From: Asterionella formosa
Taxonomy: Eukaryota
DNA length: 45,321 nucleotides
Direction of reading: 5' to 3'
Assembly (NCBI GenBank): GCA_002256025.1
Contig: NKIB01014275.1
Coordinates: 1 to 45,321 of the forward strand
The first letter of the stretch is position 1, and each line of letters begins with the position of its first letter. Under the pieces are notes generated by a model. That model saw only the letters and a list, made by a program, of their open reading frames with translations, was not told the origin of the DNA and ran no database searches. A program made the position numbers and the translations under genes. Of this stretch, positions 22,459-33,495 are shown one piece after another.

Positions 22459-24996
22459 ATGTCACATCAAGCAAGTCTGAATTCCTTCTTTGGAGCCAAA
22501 AATTCAACACATGGATTAGCACCGACGAAACCGGCAACACCACCGAGGGAAAAGGAAAAGGAAAATGCCATGCCTCCCCCCAATGCTCTCGTCGACACGG
22601 ACGACGACTATGACGACCCAGTCGTTACTACCAACAGGTTCAAGAAAAGAACTGCTAGTAAATTGACAGGCAAAGGGCAGGATAAACTCCTCCAGAACTC
22701 AAAGAATCGCACCTCTGGTATTGTTCCTGGCAATGGACAAGAAATGTTGCTTCAGGAGTCCAAGCGTGTCAAGAATGAGATGACGCCTGCATGCGAAGAT
22801 TCAGTAATCAAGAAGGAATCTAAAATTCAGAGTACGGACGAGATCGCCTTTTACCTTGATGAGGACGAGGACGAGGACGCTTTTGAAGGGTCTGCCGCTA
22901 CGGACGACGAATCGGAATCTAAAAGGAAATCCATCAATACCGTCCTCAAATCTTCGTCAAAAGGCTCTAAACCCACAAAGGGGCAACAAACCATTGCGGC
23001 TGCAAAATCGAACGATTCACTCCTCGGTTTAGCCAATTGGAAGACAGGATCCTCTATTCCTTATCTGGCCCTTTGTAACACCTTTGAACAGATCGAACAA
23101 ATCACGTCACGACTTGCCATTCAGGAACTGCTGACGGATCTATTTCGGCAAGTATTGATGCTCACTCCCAAGGATATGTACGACCTTATTTACTTGTCTT
23201 CCAATTCTGTTGCACCTGCTTATGAGTGCATTGAATTGGGCATTGGAGATGCCATTTTGATTAAGGCTATCGGTGAAGCCTACGGGACCAATCCAAGTAT
23301 GATTAGGCAACAATATCAGCAAGAAGGTGATCTAGGAACAGTCGCCAAGGTGAGCAAAGGCAAACAACGTACATTGGGATTTGGAGTTACTCCCAAATCA
23401 CTCTTGGCCAAAGAAGTTTTGGCAGTTTTAAGAGAAATTGCTAATACGACGGGTACCAATTCGCAAAAATACAAGGTGGACAAAATTAAAAAATTGTTGG
23501 TCCGGGCCCAAGGGCCAGAAGCGAAATATATCATTCGGGCCTTGCAAGGTAAATTACGAATTGGATTGGCTCAGAGCACCGTCTTGATTAGTCTGGCCCA
23601 TGCTTTCACGCTGTCACCTCCATCGACGTTGAACGAGGAATCCACGTACAGCAAGGATGACATGCCCCAAGAGGCTAATGAATATGCTAATGCCAAGCAT
23701 GGATCATCGGCTAAACTAGAAGCGGCCGTACAAATTATCAAAAAAGCCTATTCCGAAGTTCCTTCGTACGACGCCATCCTAGATGCTGCTCTGTCATCCC
23801 CCCTCCACCACTTGCACGTTGTGTGCACCCTGACGCCTGGCATTCCTGTGGCACCCATGTTGGCCAAACCTACAAAGTCGATTCAAGAAGTTTTAAAAAG
23901 ATTGAATGGACAGCGGTTCACATGTGAATTCAAATACGACGGTGAACGTGCGCAAGTTCACATGCTGAGCGATGGAACCACACGTGTTTTCTCGCGCAAT
24001 TTGCTCGACACTTCCGACAAGTATCCAGAAGTGCCAATTTACGTAAAGGAAGCATGTCATGAGTGTGTGAAGTCCTTTGTTATGGACACGGAAGTGGTGG
24101 CGTTCAATCCGGTGACCGGAAAGCTGGTACCCTTTCAAATTTTATCAACCCGGAAGAAGTCAGAAGAATCGGCTGAGACGGCTAAGGTACAAGTCATTTG
24201 TCAAGCATTTGACCTAATGTATTTGAATGGTCAATCCTTGCTAAATAAAACCCTTTACGAACGCCGAGACTTGTTACGTGCTCATTTTTCTGCAGTTGAA
24301 TCTAAGTTTCAATTTGCTGTTTCCTTGGACCATGTGGAAGATGGGGATACGACCATGTTGGAAGAATTTTTGGAAACTGCTGTCAAGGGCCAATGCGAAG
24401 GACTAATGGTAAAAACGTTGGATAGCGATGCATTCTACGAGCCTTCTCGTCGATCCTTGAATTGGCTCAAGTTAAAGAAGGATTATTTGGAAGGCTTGGG
24501 GGACAGCGTTGATTTAGTCCCACTCGGCGCCTACAATGGTCGGGGGAAGCGAACGGGATATTATGGAGCATATTTATTGGCCTGTTTTGATCCCGACACT
24601 GAGGAATTTCAGTCGGTCTGCAAGATCGGTACAGGATTTTCCGACGACGATCTCAAAACTCTTCATGATTTGTTTCAAGAGCACATCATCCCGCAAAAGC
24701 ATAACCAGTATATTTCATCAGATACTTTGGATTGCGATGTGTGGTTTGATCCTGTTCAAGTTTGGGAAGTCAAGGCGGCTGACTTGTCGAAGTCGTCGAC
24801 ACACAAAGGTGCACTTGGAAAGCTGGGCGAAGCAGGACGTGGGATTGGCTTGCGCTTTCCCCGGTTTGAACGACTTCGGCCGGATAAGAAACCAGAACAG
24901 GCCACAACAAGTGAACAAATTTTGGAGATGTACTACAATCAAGACAGTGTTGCCAATGAAGGTGCTGGAGAAAATGACGATGATGATGGAATCTAG
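22459..24996 (+). CDS. LIG1: DNA ligase I (ATP-dependent), 845 aa
   Basis: N-terminal PIP box QASLNSFF; motif I EFKYDGERAQ; EGLMVK, WLKLKKDY, LRFPRF. Confidence 0.97.
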   Translation: MSHQASLNSFFGAKNSTHGLAPTKPATPPREKEKENAMPPPNALVDTDDDYDDPVVTTNRFKKRTASKLTGKGQDKLLQNSKNRTSGIVPGNGQEMLLQESKRVKNEMTPACEDSVIKKESKIQSTDEIAFYLDEDEDEDAFEGSAATDDESESKRKSINTVLKSSSKGSKPTKGQQTIAAAKSNDSLLGLANWKTGSSIPYLALCNTFEQIEQITSRLAIQELLTDLFRQVLMLTPKDMYDLIYLSSNSVAPAYECIELGIGDAILIKAIGEAYGTNPSMIRQQYQQEGDLGTVAKVSKGKQRTLGFGVTPKSLLAKEVLAVLREIANTTGTNSQKYKVDKIKKLLVRAQGPEAKYIIRALQGKLRIGLAQSTVLISLAHAFTLSPPSTLNEESTYSKDDMPQEANEYANAKHGSSAKLEAAVQIIKKAYSEVPSYDAILDAALSSPLHHLHVVCTLTPGIPVAPMLAKPTKSIQEVLKRLNGQRFTCEFKYDGERAQVHMLSDGTTRVFSRNLLDTSDKYPEVPIYVKEACHECVKSFVMDTEVVAFNPVTGKLVPFQILSTRKKSEESAETAKVQVICQAFDLMYLNGQSLLNKTLYERRDLLRAHFSAVESKFQFAVSLDHVEDGDTTMLEEFLETAVKGQCEGLMVKTLDSDAFYEPSRRSLNWLKLKKDYLEGLGDSVDLVPLGAYNGRGKRTGYYGAYLLACFDPDTEEFQSVCKIGTGFSDDDLKTLHDLFQEHIIPQKHNQYISSDTLDCDVWFDPVQVWEVKAADLSKSSTHKGALGKLGEAGRGIGLRFPRFERLRPDKKPEQATTSEQILEMYYNQDSVANEGAGENDDDDGI

Positions 24997-25618
24997 GTCA
25001 AAATATATAAGCCACTACCAGAATCCCGGATTTGTTTCTTTGTCCTACTTCTTGCAATTTGGGTTTTGCTTGCTATCATACGGAAAGGGGGGAGGGAATT
25101 CAACATACTTATCTATTCTTTGCTTTCCTGGTACCTAGTACTCGAGTACTAGGCAACACGACAACGAATCCACAAATACGCTATATCCTGCCTGGAATAG
25201 CTATTTTCATGTCACAATATTTTTTCGATGGTGCTACCCTGTTTCAACCACGAAACTCAAAATTTTAGGAGAGCACAGTACCCAGCCCAGTCGTCCACTG
25301 CCACTTCGTCCACTAGTAGCTAATCAAAGGTATAAGAAACGAAATATGTGGTACAGTTGGTCGAAATAAAAATCTTCTCAAGTCAAGCATTTCCTGATAG
25401 TGCCCCTGCTCGTTCGTTGACGGAATCATTCGAGTTCCTAGATCCATTAGCCCTGAAGCCAGTCAAAATAGCACGATAAAATTTGATATTCACTTGCTTT
25501 GTCGTTCCTGTCGGGCATGTACATTTCAGTAGTGGCACTTAATCACAAGACTGTACGGTTGGATTGTCCCCATCACTGGGTGACTGGGAGTGTACAAAAG
25601 AAGCTAAAAGCCAATTGT

Positions 25619-26785
25619 TCAAGGATCCGAAGTGGAGGGGCGATGATCCAAGCCAATGCGACCGGCCTCAAATCCAGGCGGTGGCCCAACCGTCACATCA
25701 TAAATCACACTTAGGCACGTCCGATTTGATGTTCTCCATCTTCGTCTCATTTGCGAAAAGTGGGACATGTTCATATTTTCCCTGTAAATATTCTGTTTCC
25801 CACCTCCAATAGCATCTCGATGTATGAATTCATTGCTTTCCCCTCTGCCTTTCCCAATGATGCGGACACTTCGATTGTACTTTCCCTGATAAAAGCCGGC
25901 CACGACAGGCTTTCCAACCGAAACACCAACATCATGCATAAACCAAGTGAACGCATCCAACAGGGCAAATGGGCCTGTTACTAATGCTGCATCTAAGTTC
26001 CCAACTTCCTTCAGGTTCAATAACTTCAGCAAGGCATGGTGAATCGCATGGTAGAGAATAGGATGTTTTGGACTTACAGCCATCCAGTATTGAGATGGCG
26101 CGTCATAGTGCTCAACAACGAACAGGGCATCATCATCTGGCAAGATGAAGTCTGGTGTCCATGCGTTTGGAGTCGAGTCCAAGTCACTGTAAATTCCGCC
26201 GTATTCCCACAAGACAAGATACCTCCAAACATCAGATATAGCAGTCATGCTATTCACGCAATGAAGAACTGTTTGCAAGTGTGGAAATTCGACCCACCCC
26301 TCGTCGCGATTAATGAGTCGCCACACGGCCGCATCGTCGTGAAAATAATACGAGTAATTGGCCATTTCTTGCCACCGCTTGGTAAGCTCAAAAAACTTGT
26401 CGTGAATGCACCGCGTCTGACTGGTTTGATGAACAATGTTGGGGATTCGTTGGAATGTATCCAAGGGATATACTCGGTTGGCCATCCAAGTTAAATTTGT
26501 CGAGTTATTGCACAATAACTCTCTGTCATGTTGCCATTTTGTTAGGTCGGCAAGAGTTGCCTCCTTGGGTTTGTTTTTAACGATTGTTGGCTGATACTCC
26601 ATAGCTGCCTTCGTTCGAGACGAACCCGTCAAATCAACAGTCTTCATTATCTTCAAGAAGCCGTGGAAATCAGAAATGAAGGTCCATTGAAGCACAACTA
26701 CGAAAGATATTGCTATTAGCTTGATGATCACCCTTGTCTTTCGGGTCTTTGCTCCTACGCTTTTGATATCTTGTTCCTCGATCAT
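25619..26785 (-). CDS. GT32 (Och1/Sur1-like) DXD glycosyltransferase, type II membrane protein
   Basis: N-terminal TM, IPNIVHQT, SDVWRYLVLWEYGGIYSDLD, TGP motif; first ATG at 26785. Confidence 0.88.
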   Translation of the reverse strand: MIEEQDIKSVGAKTRKTRVIIKLIAISFVVVLQWTFISDFHGFLKIMKTVDLTGSSRTKAAMEYQPTIVKNKPKEATLADLTKWQHDRELLCNNSTNLTWMANRVYPLDTFQRIPNIVHQTSQTRCIHDKFFELTKRWQEMANYSYYFHDDAAVWRLINRDEGWVEFPHLQTVLHCVNSMTAISDVWRYLVLWEYGGIYSDLDSTPNAWTPDFILPDDDALFVVEHYDAPSQYWMAVSPKHPILYHAIHHALLKLLNLKEVGNLDAALVTGPFALLDAFTWFMHDVGVSVGKPVVAGFYQGKYNRSVRIIGKGRGESNEFIHRDAIGGGKQNIYRENMNMSHFSQMRRRWRTSNRTCLSVIYDVTVGPPPGFEAGRIGLDHRPSTSDP

Positions 26786-27110
26786 GCCTGACACTAGTGC
26801 TGGTTTTCATGAGTCTGCATTGCTTGTTCTATGTTTTGATTAATTGTGGGATGGTTTTATGATATATCAGGAGTCAGGAGTAGACGGACTACCGGTATAT
26901 TATACCGGTGAGAAATTCATTGCAATAATAGAATTACCTGCTAGACTACCGTAAGTTATCTTACATAGAGTACGTTTCATAAAGCAAATGATACACATGC
27001 AACAATGCCCGAAAGCAAGTGATATCGTCAACATTTTCCTGTTTATACGCACTAGTCTTTCAGTCACAAATGGATAGCAGTGATTGTGCTGCACTTCTTC
27101 TGGGCTGACA

Positions 27111-28202
27111 ATGCTGGCGATGCAACGGCAACCAAGAATTTTCTCCTTGCTAATAATCGTCATGGACCTCTCAGGTGTGCGATTGTTTTCGTCCAAAATG
27201 CCGAAACGTCAAAGAATCCCGTGGCGGACCTCAGAATATTTATTTTCTTCGAGCACTACTTCTCTTCGCCTTTCCCGACACGACGATTCGGATTTATTGT
27301 TCGACAGATGCAGGTACTTGCAATCTACTACTCGGATGTATTCAACAGCCGATAGCGAATTGGAACAACAGGCTCAGCCATCTACTCTAGGGAGAACAAA
27401 TCTGCTGCATACCCAACTGTCCAGAATCGATGTTAACGCTTCATCGCTCCACAATGCTGCTATACAATCTATTCAAGACCCAACTCAAGGATACAATAAT
27501 GAATATGGCAAGTCAGCCATTCGATGCTATAGATCATTTATCTACCCCAAAATAAAAGACGAAAACAGTGTTTCAAATGATTCGATCCAACAAGCAGCAT
27601 CAGCATTACGGTGTGCTCGGCAAATCGACTTTTTGATCAAACGGCACAGGTCGGCCCAATCAGACCTGATTCGTCATGTCGACACAGCCACCGAACGCAC
27701 AGTATATCCTCTCATTGTTGTTCTGGACAATGTACGGTCTGCATTGAATGTTGGGTCCCTTTTTCGCACTGCCGATGCTACCGGTTGTGCTCTACTCGTC
27801 ACGGTGGGCATTACTCCACATCCCCTGGGAAGTGGAGCCGACAAGTTAGCCAAGAGTGCACTTGGGGCTGAGCATTGTGTACCATCGCGACATTTTGAAA
27901 GTCTGACAACTGCCCTCGAGTTTCTGCGCATGGCATATCCACAATATACACTCGTGGGTATGGAAACGACCCATGTTAGTAAGGAGTATACCAAGGTAGA
28001 ATATCCAAGTGATGGGATTGCTTTGCTTCTGGGAAATGAAGTGACGGGGATGGATGTCAATATTTTGCCACACTTAGATCAAGTCGTAGAAATTCCAATG
28101 TTTGGCTTGAAGAACTCGTTGAATATTGCGGCCTGTGCTCCAGTGGTATTGTATGAAATATTGAGGCAATGGAATGCAGTAGATAATAGGGGAATTGACT
28201 GA
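27111..28202 (+). CDS. SpoU/TrmH-family SPOUT RNA 2'-O-methyltransferase with N-terminal presequence/extension
   Basis: VVLDNVRSALNVGSLFRTAD, LLLGNEVTG, EIPMFGLKNSLNIA; start codon uncertain. Confidence 0.9.
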   Translation: MLAMQRQPRIFSLLIIVMDLSGVRLFSSKMPKRQRIPWRTSEYLFSSSTTSLRLSRHDDSDLLFDRCRYLQSTTRMYSTADSELEQQAQPSTLGRTNLLHTQLSRIDVNASSLHNAAIQSIQDPTQGYNNEYGKSAIRCYRSFIYPKIKDENSVSNDSIQQAASALRCARQIDFLIKRHRSAQSDLIRHVDTATERTVYPLIVVLDNVRSALNVGSLFRTADATGCALLVTVGITPHPLGSGADKLAKSALGAEHCVPSRHFESLTTALEFLRMAYPQYTLVGMETTHVSKEYTKVEYPSDGIALLLGNEVTGMDVNILPHLDQVVEIPMFGLKNSLNIAACAPVVLYEILRQWNAVDNRGID

Positions 28203-29985
28203 TAGTATGTTGAACATTTATAGATGTTGGTTTTTTCTATAAAGTATTCAATTCCCTCCCGCGGAAATTTCTACAATTGTCTTCTCCCTCAGTGCCAAGA
28301 ATTTCATTTCAAACATACTGTTGTATTTCTTGACATTTGTACCATATTTCATTCAACATTGTGAGCATGATGGTGTGCGCATTGGGTGGGATATGAATTG
28401 TTGAATCACAAATTGAAACTATTGCGAATGCATAGAATTTATCATTCATGCTATAGTCACAATTCCATTGCATAAAAGCTTGAAAAGGCAGGTAGATTGC
28501 TGAAGGCAAGACAAACCCGAGGTGGTCTTGCCTGTTTGAATACATGTGTTTGAGGCTGAGTGGTGCCCCTGGCGCTGCGAGAAGGTCACCCTAGTATGAG
28601 TGCCATCCCAGCCAAGTACACAGGTACATGAGATGGCAAGAAGTAGGCACCAAGAAGGGTTGTGTTGATGATAAAATTCACAAACTAACTATCGTTGCAC
28701 CATTTACTTACCTATTGCCCGCTCATAAAGCATAAATGACATTTTTAGCTTGCCCATCATATGAAACATAGCCTCACCAGCATGCAGTTTTGCATATACA
28801 ATTATCCAAACTCCTCCTCCATATTTAACAATGCATTTTCTGTTAGTTAGAAGATGGAAAACAGAGTGCAAGTTTCTTGTGAAATTGCTTGAAGGTGAAA
28901 ACATCTTTTGTTGATGATTTTCTAACCCAATAGTTATGCCTTTCCTTTTTTTCGCTCTCTCCCTATTTGAATCATCATCCTGTTGCCTACCTGTTTGTTG
29001 ATGATTCTTTTATTGTATCAAACTTTGATTGCACAAACATGATTCTCAATTTTTGTCATCCATACGTAAGCTACAATCATTTTAGTATGAATTTTTTGAT
29101 GGTCCAACATTTTCCAATCTCCCTCCTGGTTTTCTTGGGCCCCATCATTCACTGCATCATCATCTCAGCCTGACACAATGGATGGCCTGGCTACATACGG
29201 GTATTTGTTCGATTTCGATCAACATTCATATCAAACAATTAATATCGAGACATTCGCATTGCTTGCTTCGTACCTTTCTAGCAGTATTCCCAATATACAT
29301 ATATTTCACGGGAAATACTATGTAATCATTCAGTTGGCATAACCGGGGATTACGTATTTTAACGTTCACAAAATTGGCCAAGTATAGCCGGGAGTCTGGC
29401 AATTCACTATTGCTGGAAACATTGCAGGCAAGGCCGGTGAACTCGAAAACTGTAAGTATCGATGGAATTGAGGTCACAACATCCTGAACAAATTTGGCTG
29501 GCCTACGGAGATTCCCCCGAATCACTTGAGCAAGTAGAAATGGGACCAAAGTGAGAATTAAGCGGCAAGTGTTAAATATGGCGGTCAACCAACGACAGCC
29601 TGTTGGGAAACCGCTGCCCAACACGTTTTCAGGATACTGGCTAGATGCAATTTCGGAGTGTAAATAAATGTATGGAGCATTAATTTTGCTTCATACACGA
29701 AGAACTATGAGGACTCGCGCATGCCGTAGCAAGTCTTGTAAAAATTTTGCTCACAATTTGCCCAAGGGATTTACGCACGTGAGGCTGAACCGATCCATTC
29801 CCCGATTCGGTGAATCCGGGCGAAAAGAGATTATTGCTGCATATGCTTGCATCCCATTTACCCTGTTACCAGGTACTGTTTCATTGAAGTACCAGGAATA
29901 CAAGTTAAAGTAGATCAATAAACACGTCACCTTATAATTGCCTTCCTTGGGACCGAATGCAAATCTCGGAACTTCAAAACAAACC

Positions 29986-32586
29986 ATGAAACAACGACTC
30001 TCAATGAGTAGCGCCATCTCAACGAGTGTTTCTCCACACGTTATCATGGCCGTACCGCCTGCTCCTTCCAAGAATAAAGCTAATATCCTTCCGCCCGTTC
30101 GAAATGGTATCGCGGCTCCAACACGATCGGCTCGCAAAATCAAGAAGGGCGTTTCCTCGCATGGCACCGACGTCACTCATACGGTCCGCGTAACAGTCCT
30201 GGGCTTGGCAGGAATTACAGTGGACCGAAGTAAATGCAATGAAAATACGAAGGATGGTCCACCTCCTCCCTCCAAGATGAAAGCTGTTGTTGCTTTCTCC
30301 AGAAACTCCGTCATTCGAGGCACCACGTCGTTGTCAAAACCTTTGGCAAGGTCGCCAAACGATGACATCCTCATGACGGGATCCAGTGACAAGTCTCGAA
30401 ACGGAAAGAACGATGACACGTACGCGACAAGCAAGTTGGAATCGACAAGACTTCAACGTCACGTTGCAGTTTGGGCGTCGGATAATGCTACCTTGGGCAG
30501 CCTGGTTACGTTTAATGCCAATTTGCACCGATCATCGTCTGCCCACAAGTCAACAGCGTCGTCTGCTTTTGCTCCAATGTCATACGAACTCACAATTGCA
30601 CTTACCGAAGATGAAAGACAAGAAAGCAAGGTGGCATTGCCTTTTGGTATTGCGACCCTGGCCATTAGCGGCGACGAGTGCATCTCTGGACGACCCGTCA
30701 AGATCGACTTGCCTGTTCTACGATTACAAGACGCTAAGCCACTCAGCAGTAAAGGGTATCCCATGATTAAGATTGCACCCAAGCAGATGACAGAATGCAA
30801 CCAGAAGAAGAAGTCGAAGCTGGTTCGACGACTCTTTAAGCGAAATGGCGGAAATGGTCAACCACCTCCAAGCGCACCGAGTGCTGATGCTCAAGCAGCA
30901 TTTGCATCGGCATACACCATGGATGCTGATGGCGATGCCATTATCCGAGTCAGTTTGGAAATTTACGAAAAGGGATCAGAATTAGAACGCCATTTTCTCG
31001 ATCGCCATGCACGGGGCGAGTCTGTCTCGACTATGTCGTCCGTTGATTCCTCATCCAAGCAAGTGAAAACAGATTCACCTTACGATGAAGCACATGCGGC
31101 TGATCTGGCGCATTTCAAATCTAATCGTCGTAATTTGAGACCCATTCAACCTGGTGACAAGTATGATGGACCAAGCGATGAAGACGAAGACAGCGCTTCC
31201 GAATGTACCGGTGATCGGTTATCCGATGCAGGCACGTCCTACGATGGTACCGACAGTTTTGTCAGCACGGACGATGACAACGTAGCATTCTTCCACTGGA
31301 GCGATGGCAGGGTCAAGCAAGGTGACAGTGACAGTATGGCAACGGATCAATACACATTGTCGTTCGAGAAGAAATCCATTGAGCGCGAAAGACCGGATGA
31401 TGAGATGACTTTCAATTCCTTTTCTGTTTTTGGCACCTCCTTTCGCATGCAAACTTGTGGGGCTATGGAAGGGGACAGCAACATCCTCAAGGAAATTCAA
31501 GACGACATGACTCACGTGACAGCCGACTTTTTCGGCAAATCTTACAAAGTTCCCATGTGCTCTGCTTTTGTCCCCCAGGATGACGAGAGCTTGATGACAA
31601 TGGACCAGACGCAGAAAGAGCCAAGAGTTTCTGTTTTTGTTGGCAAGATTTCCGAAAGATTCTGTCAGGGAACGACCCCAAAGGATGATCTGGATTTGTC
31701 AATCAATGATACGTTTTCCACTTTGTCGGATGGACCCAAGATACAAGAATTTACACCGGCCACAACGGTGAAAGATTTTTTGAAGCAGAATCCAAGGACA
31801 GCGGCTGTCAAGCCCCCGCCAGCTGCAACCGGCGACATGAGTATTGTCGGCTATGAAGTTCCCGCCTATGCGGGGAATAAGACATTGCTCGAATCACGCT
31901 CTGATGGAGGTGAATTGGTAGATCAACATCGGACAGAGCAAGACTCGACGGAGAAGAGGTCGACAACTGATGTGTCACCAAAAACGGTTTTGGAGTCGAT
32001 TCCAAACTTCAGCATTCGTTGCGGGCATGCGTTGATGCCGGTCAAGACACCGCCTTGTTCTGATTACACAGATCTGGAGAAGATGATGGAATCGTCACCT
32101 CCAAAACCGAAGAGGCTCAAGGCGCCCAAATCTTTTGTGGACATTTTCAATTGTCGTGTTGGGAAGTGTTCAGAACTTGACGATGGCCTTAGATATGAAC
32201 CTTACCAAACCGAGGTTCCTCCCTTGGTAGTCCCGAAAGCTGTCGACGACATGAGCATTGGCGACTTGACTGCCACCACCCACGAGATGCAGATCGCGAC
32301 CGATTCTCGCCTGTTGGAAATTGCGAGACGACAGTACCATAACGTTGATAAGCAGGAGCGCAAGGGAGCACAGCGGATGAAGGTCCCACTTCCAGTCGCC
32401 TTTGGTGGGGATGGTATTTGCATCGGTATGGGTGTGTGTACCGGAAGCACAGAAAGTGGTCCTTTTCGAGTGCAAAGTGACGACGGCAACAGCATCGTCA
32501 TGAAGCGAATTCCAGACAAGCATAAAGCTGAATTCCATGGGGAGAACTACTTTGCCGAGTACGAAGACCAGCTTGTCAAACTTTGA
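29986..32586 (+). CDS. Hypothetical protein (~866 aa), N-terminal beta-rich possibly C2-like domain and long acidic/disordered tail
   Basis: Uninterrupted 2.6-kb ORF; first ATG at 29986; no recognised catalytic motif. Confidence 0.8.
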   Translation: MKQRLSMSSAISTSVSPHVIMAVPPAPSKNKANILPPVRNGIAAPTRSARKIKKGVSSHGTDVTHTVRVTVLGLAGITVDRSKCNENTKDGPPPPSKMKAVVAFSRNSVIRGTTSLSKPLARSPNDDILMTGSSDKSRNGKNDDTYATSKLESTRLQRHVAVWASDNATLGSLVTFNANLHRSSSAHKSTASSAFAPMSYELTIALTEDERQESKVALPFGIATLAISGDECISGRPVKIDLPVLRLQDAKPLSSKGYPMIKIAPKQMTECNQKKKSKLVRRLFKRNGGNGQPPPSAPSADAQAAFASAYTMDADGDAIIRVSLEIYEKGSELERHFLDRHARGESVSTMSSVDSSSKQVKTDSPYDEAHAADLAHFKSNRRNLRPIQPGDKYDGPSDEDEDSASECTGDRLSDAGTSYDGTDSFVSTDDDNVAFFHWSDGRVKQGDSDSMATDQYTLSFEKKSIERERPDDEMTFNSFSVFGTSFRMQTCGAMEGDSNILKEIQDDMTHVTADFFGKSYKVPMCSAFVPQDDESLMTMDQTQKEPRVSVFVGKISERFCQGTTPKDDLDLSINDTFSTLSDGPKIQEFTPATTVKDFLKQNPRTAAVKPPPAATGDMSIVGYEVPAYAGNKTLLESRSDGGELVDQHRTEQDSTEKRSTTDVSPKTVLESIPNFSIRCGHALMPVKTPPCSDYTDLEKMMESSPPKPKRLKAPKSFVDIFNCRVGKCSELDDGLRYEPYQTEVPPLVVPKAVDDMSIGDLTATTHEMQIATDSRLLEIARRQYHNVDKQERKGAQRMKVPLPVAFGGDGICIGMGVCTGSTESGPFRVQSDDGNSIVMKRIPDKHKAEFHGENYFAEYEDQLVKL

Positions 32587-33495
32587 GTAAGTCGCGACGA
32601 TCAAGTACGTCCACAAAACCGTGTACAAGGTGTCACGACGAACGTTAAAGTATGAAGCTGTTCACGGCAATGATGTTTTCCCCACCCCCACGAGCGAGCA
32701 GACCATCATTGAATATTTATCGATGCTTTCCTACTGGCTTCCTGAGACGAAGCCATCTATATTGTTACTTTTCTATTAGTAGAATCTTTCATCTATTTCC
32801 AGTATTCACTCATTTTCCCTCCTTGGTAAGGCAATAAGTTTTCAAAACGTGGGAGTTGGCTAGTTTATAGGTAGATAGTAGAGGACACGGAGGGATAAAC
32901 GAGCATGTACCATCACATCTTGTACGACTAATACTACCTGGTGTAAGGTCTTACAATGGAGTGGTGCATACTTCCTCGAAGTTGTTCTGTGGGGCAAGGA
33001 AGATGTACATTCATTTCAAAATTCAAGAACTCTCCTGTTCTACTTTTACGCATCGACCTCCCGACCAAGTGGAGTTGCTTTTAGAAGTCAGAGTTTGTTT
33101 CGAATTATGGTACCTGAAGAGGAGAACCAGGTAGATAGATCCAGACTACCGGCATTTTTAGTTTAGGATTAAATTGTGCCGCCAAGTAAAATACGACAGG
33201 TGGGTATTGCTGGAAGCCACCGGTATACTATACGAAGTGTTGCATCAGTGAGATCAGGAGGTACATCAAATATTTTAGAGTACCAGTACCAGGGGTACAC
33301 TGGTGGCACCAGGTACCAGTATTTCCTTTTTCCATTACCGGTAGCTACATAAGTTGATTAATGTCTTTTTATAATCAAACGCATCGGCTGCCTCTGTTCA
33401 TCACTGAACACTGGCTGAGCGAGCCAACACATCGTCTACCCAACAATACAATGACGGCGATTGATCCCACAATCAGTCGTTCTTGCACCACTACA

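Noticed and set aside
24536..25138. 200-aa ORF overlapping the LIG1 3' end
   Set aside because: Alternate-frame shadow with no recognisable features.
28561..28652. tRNA gene (ends GGCACCA)
   Set aside because: No T-loop GTTC or D-loop consensus on either strand.
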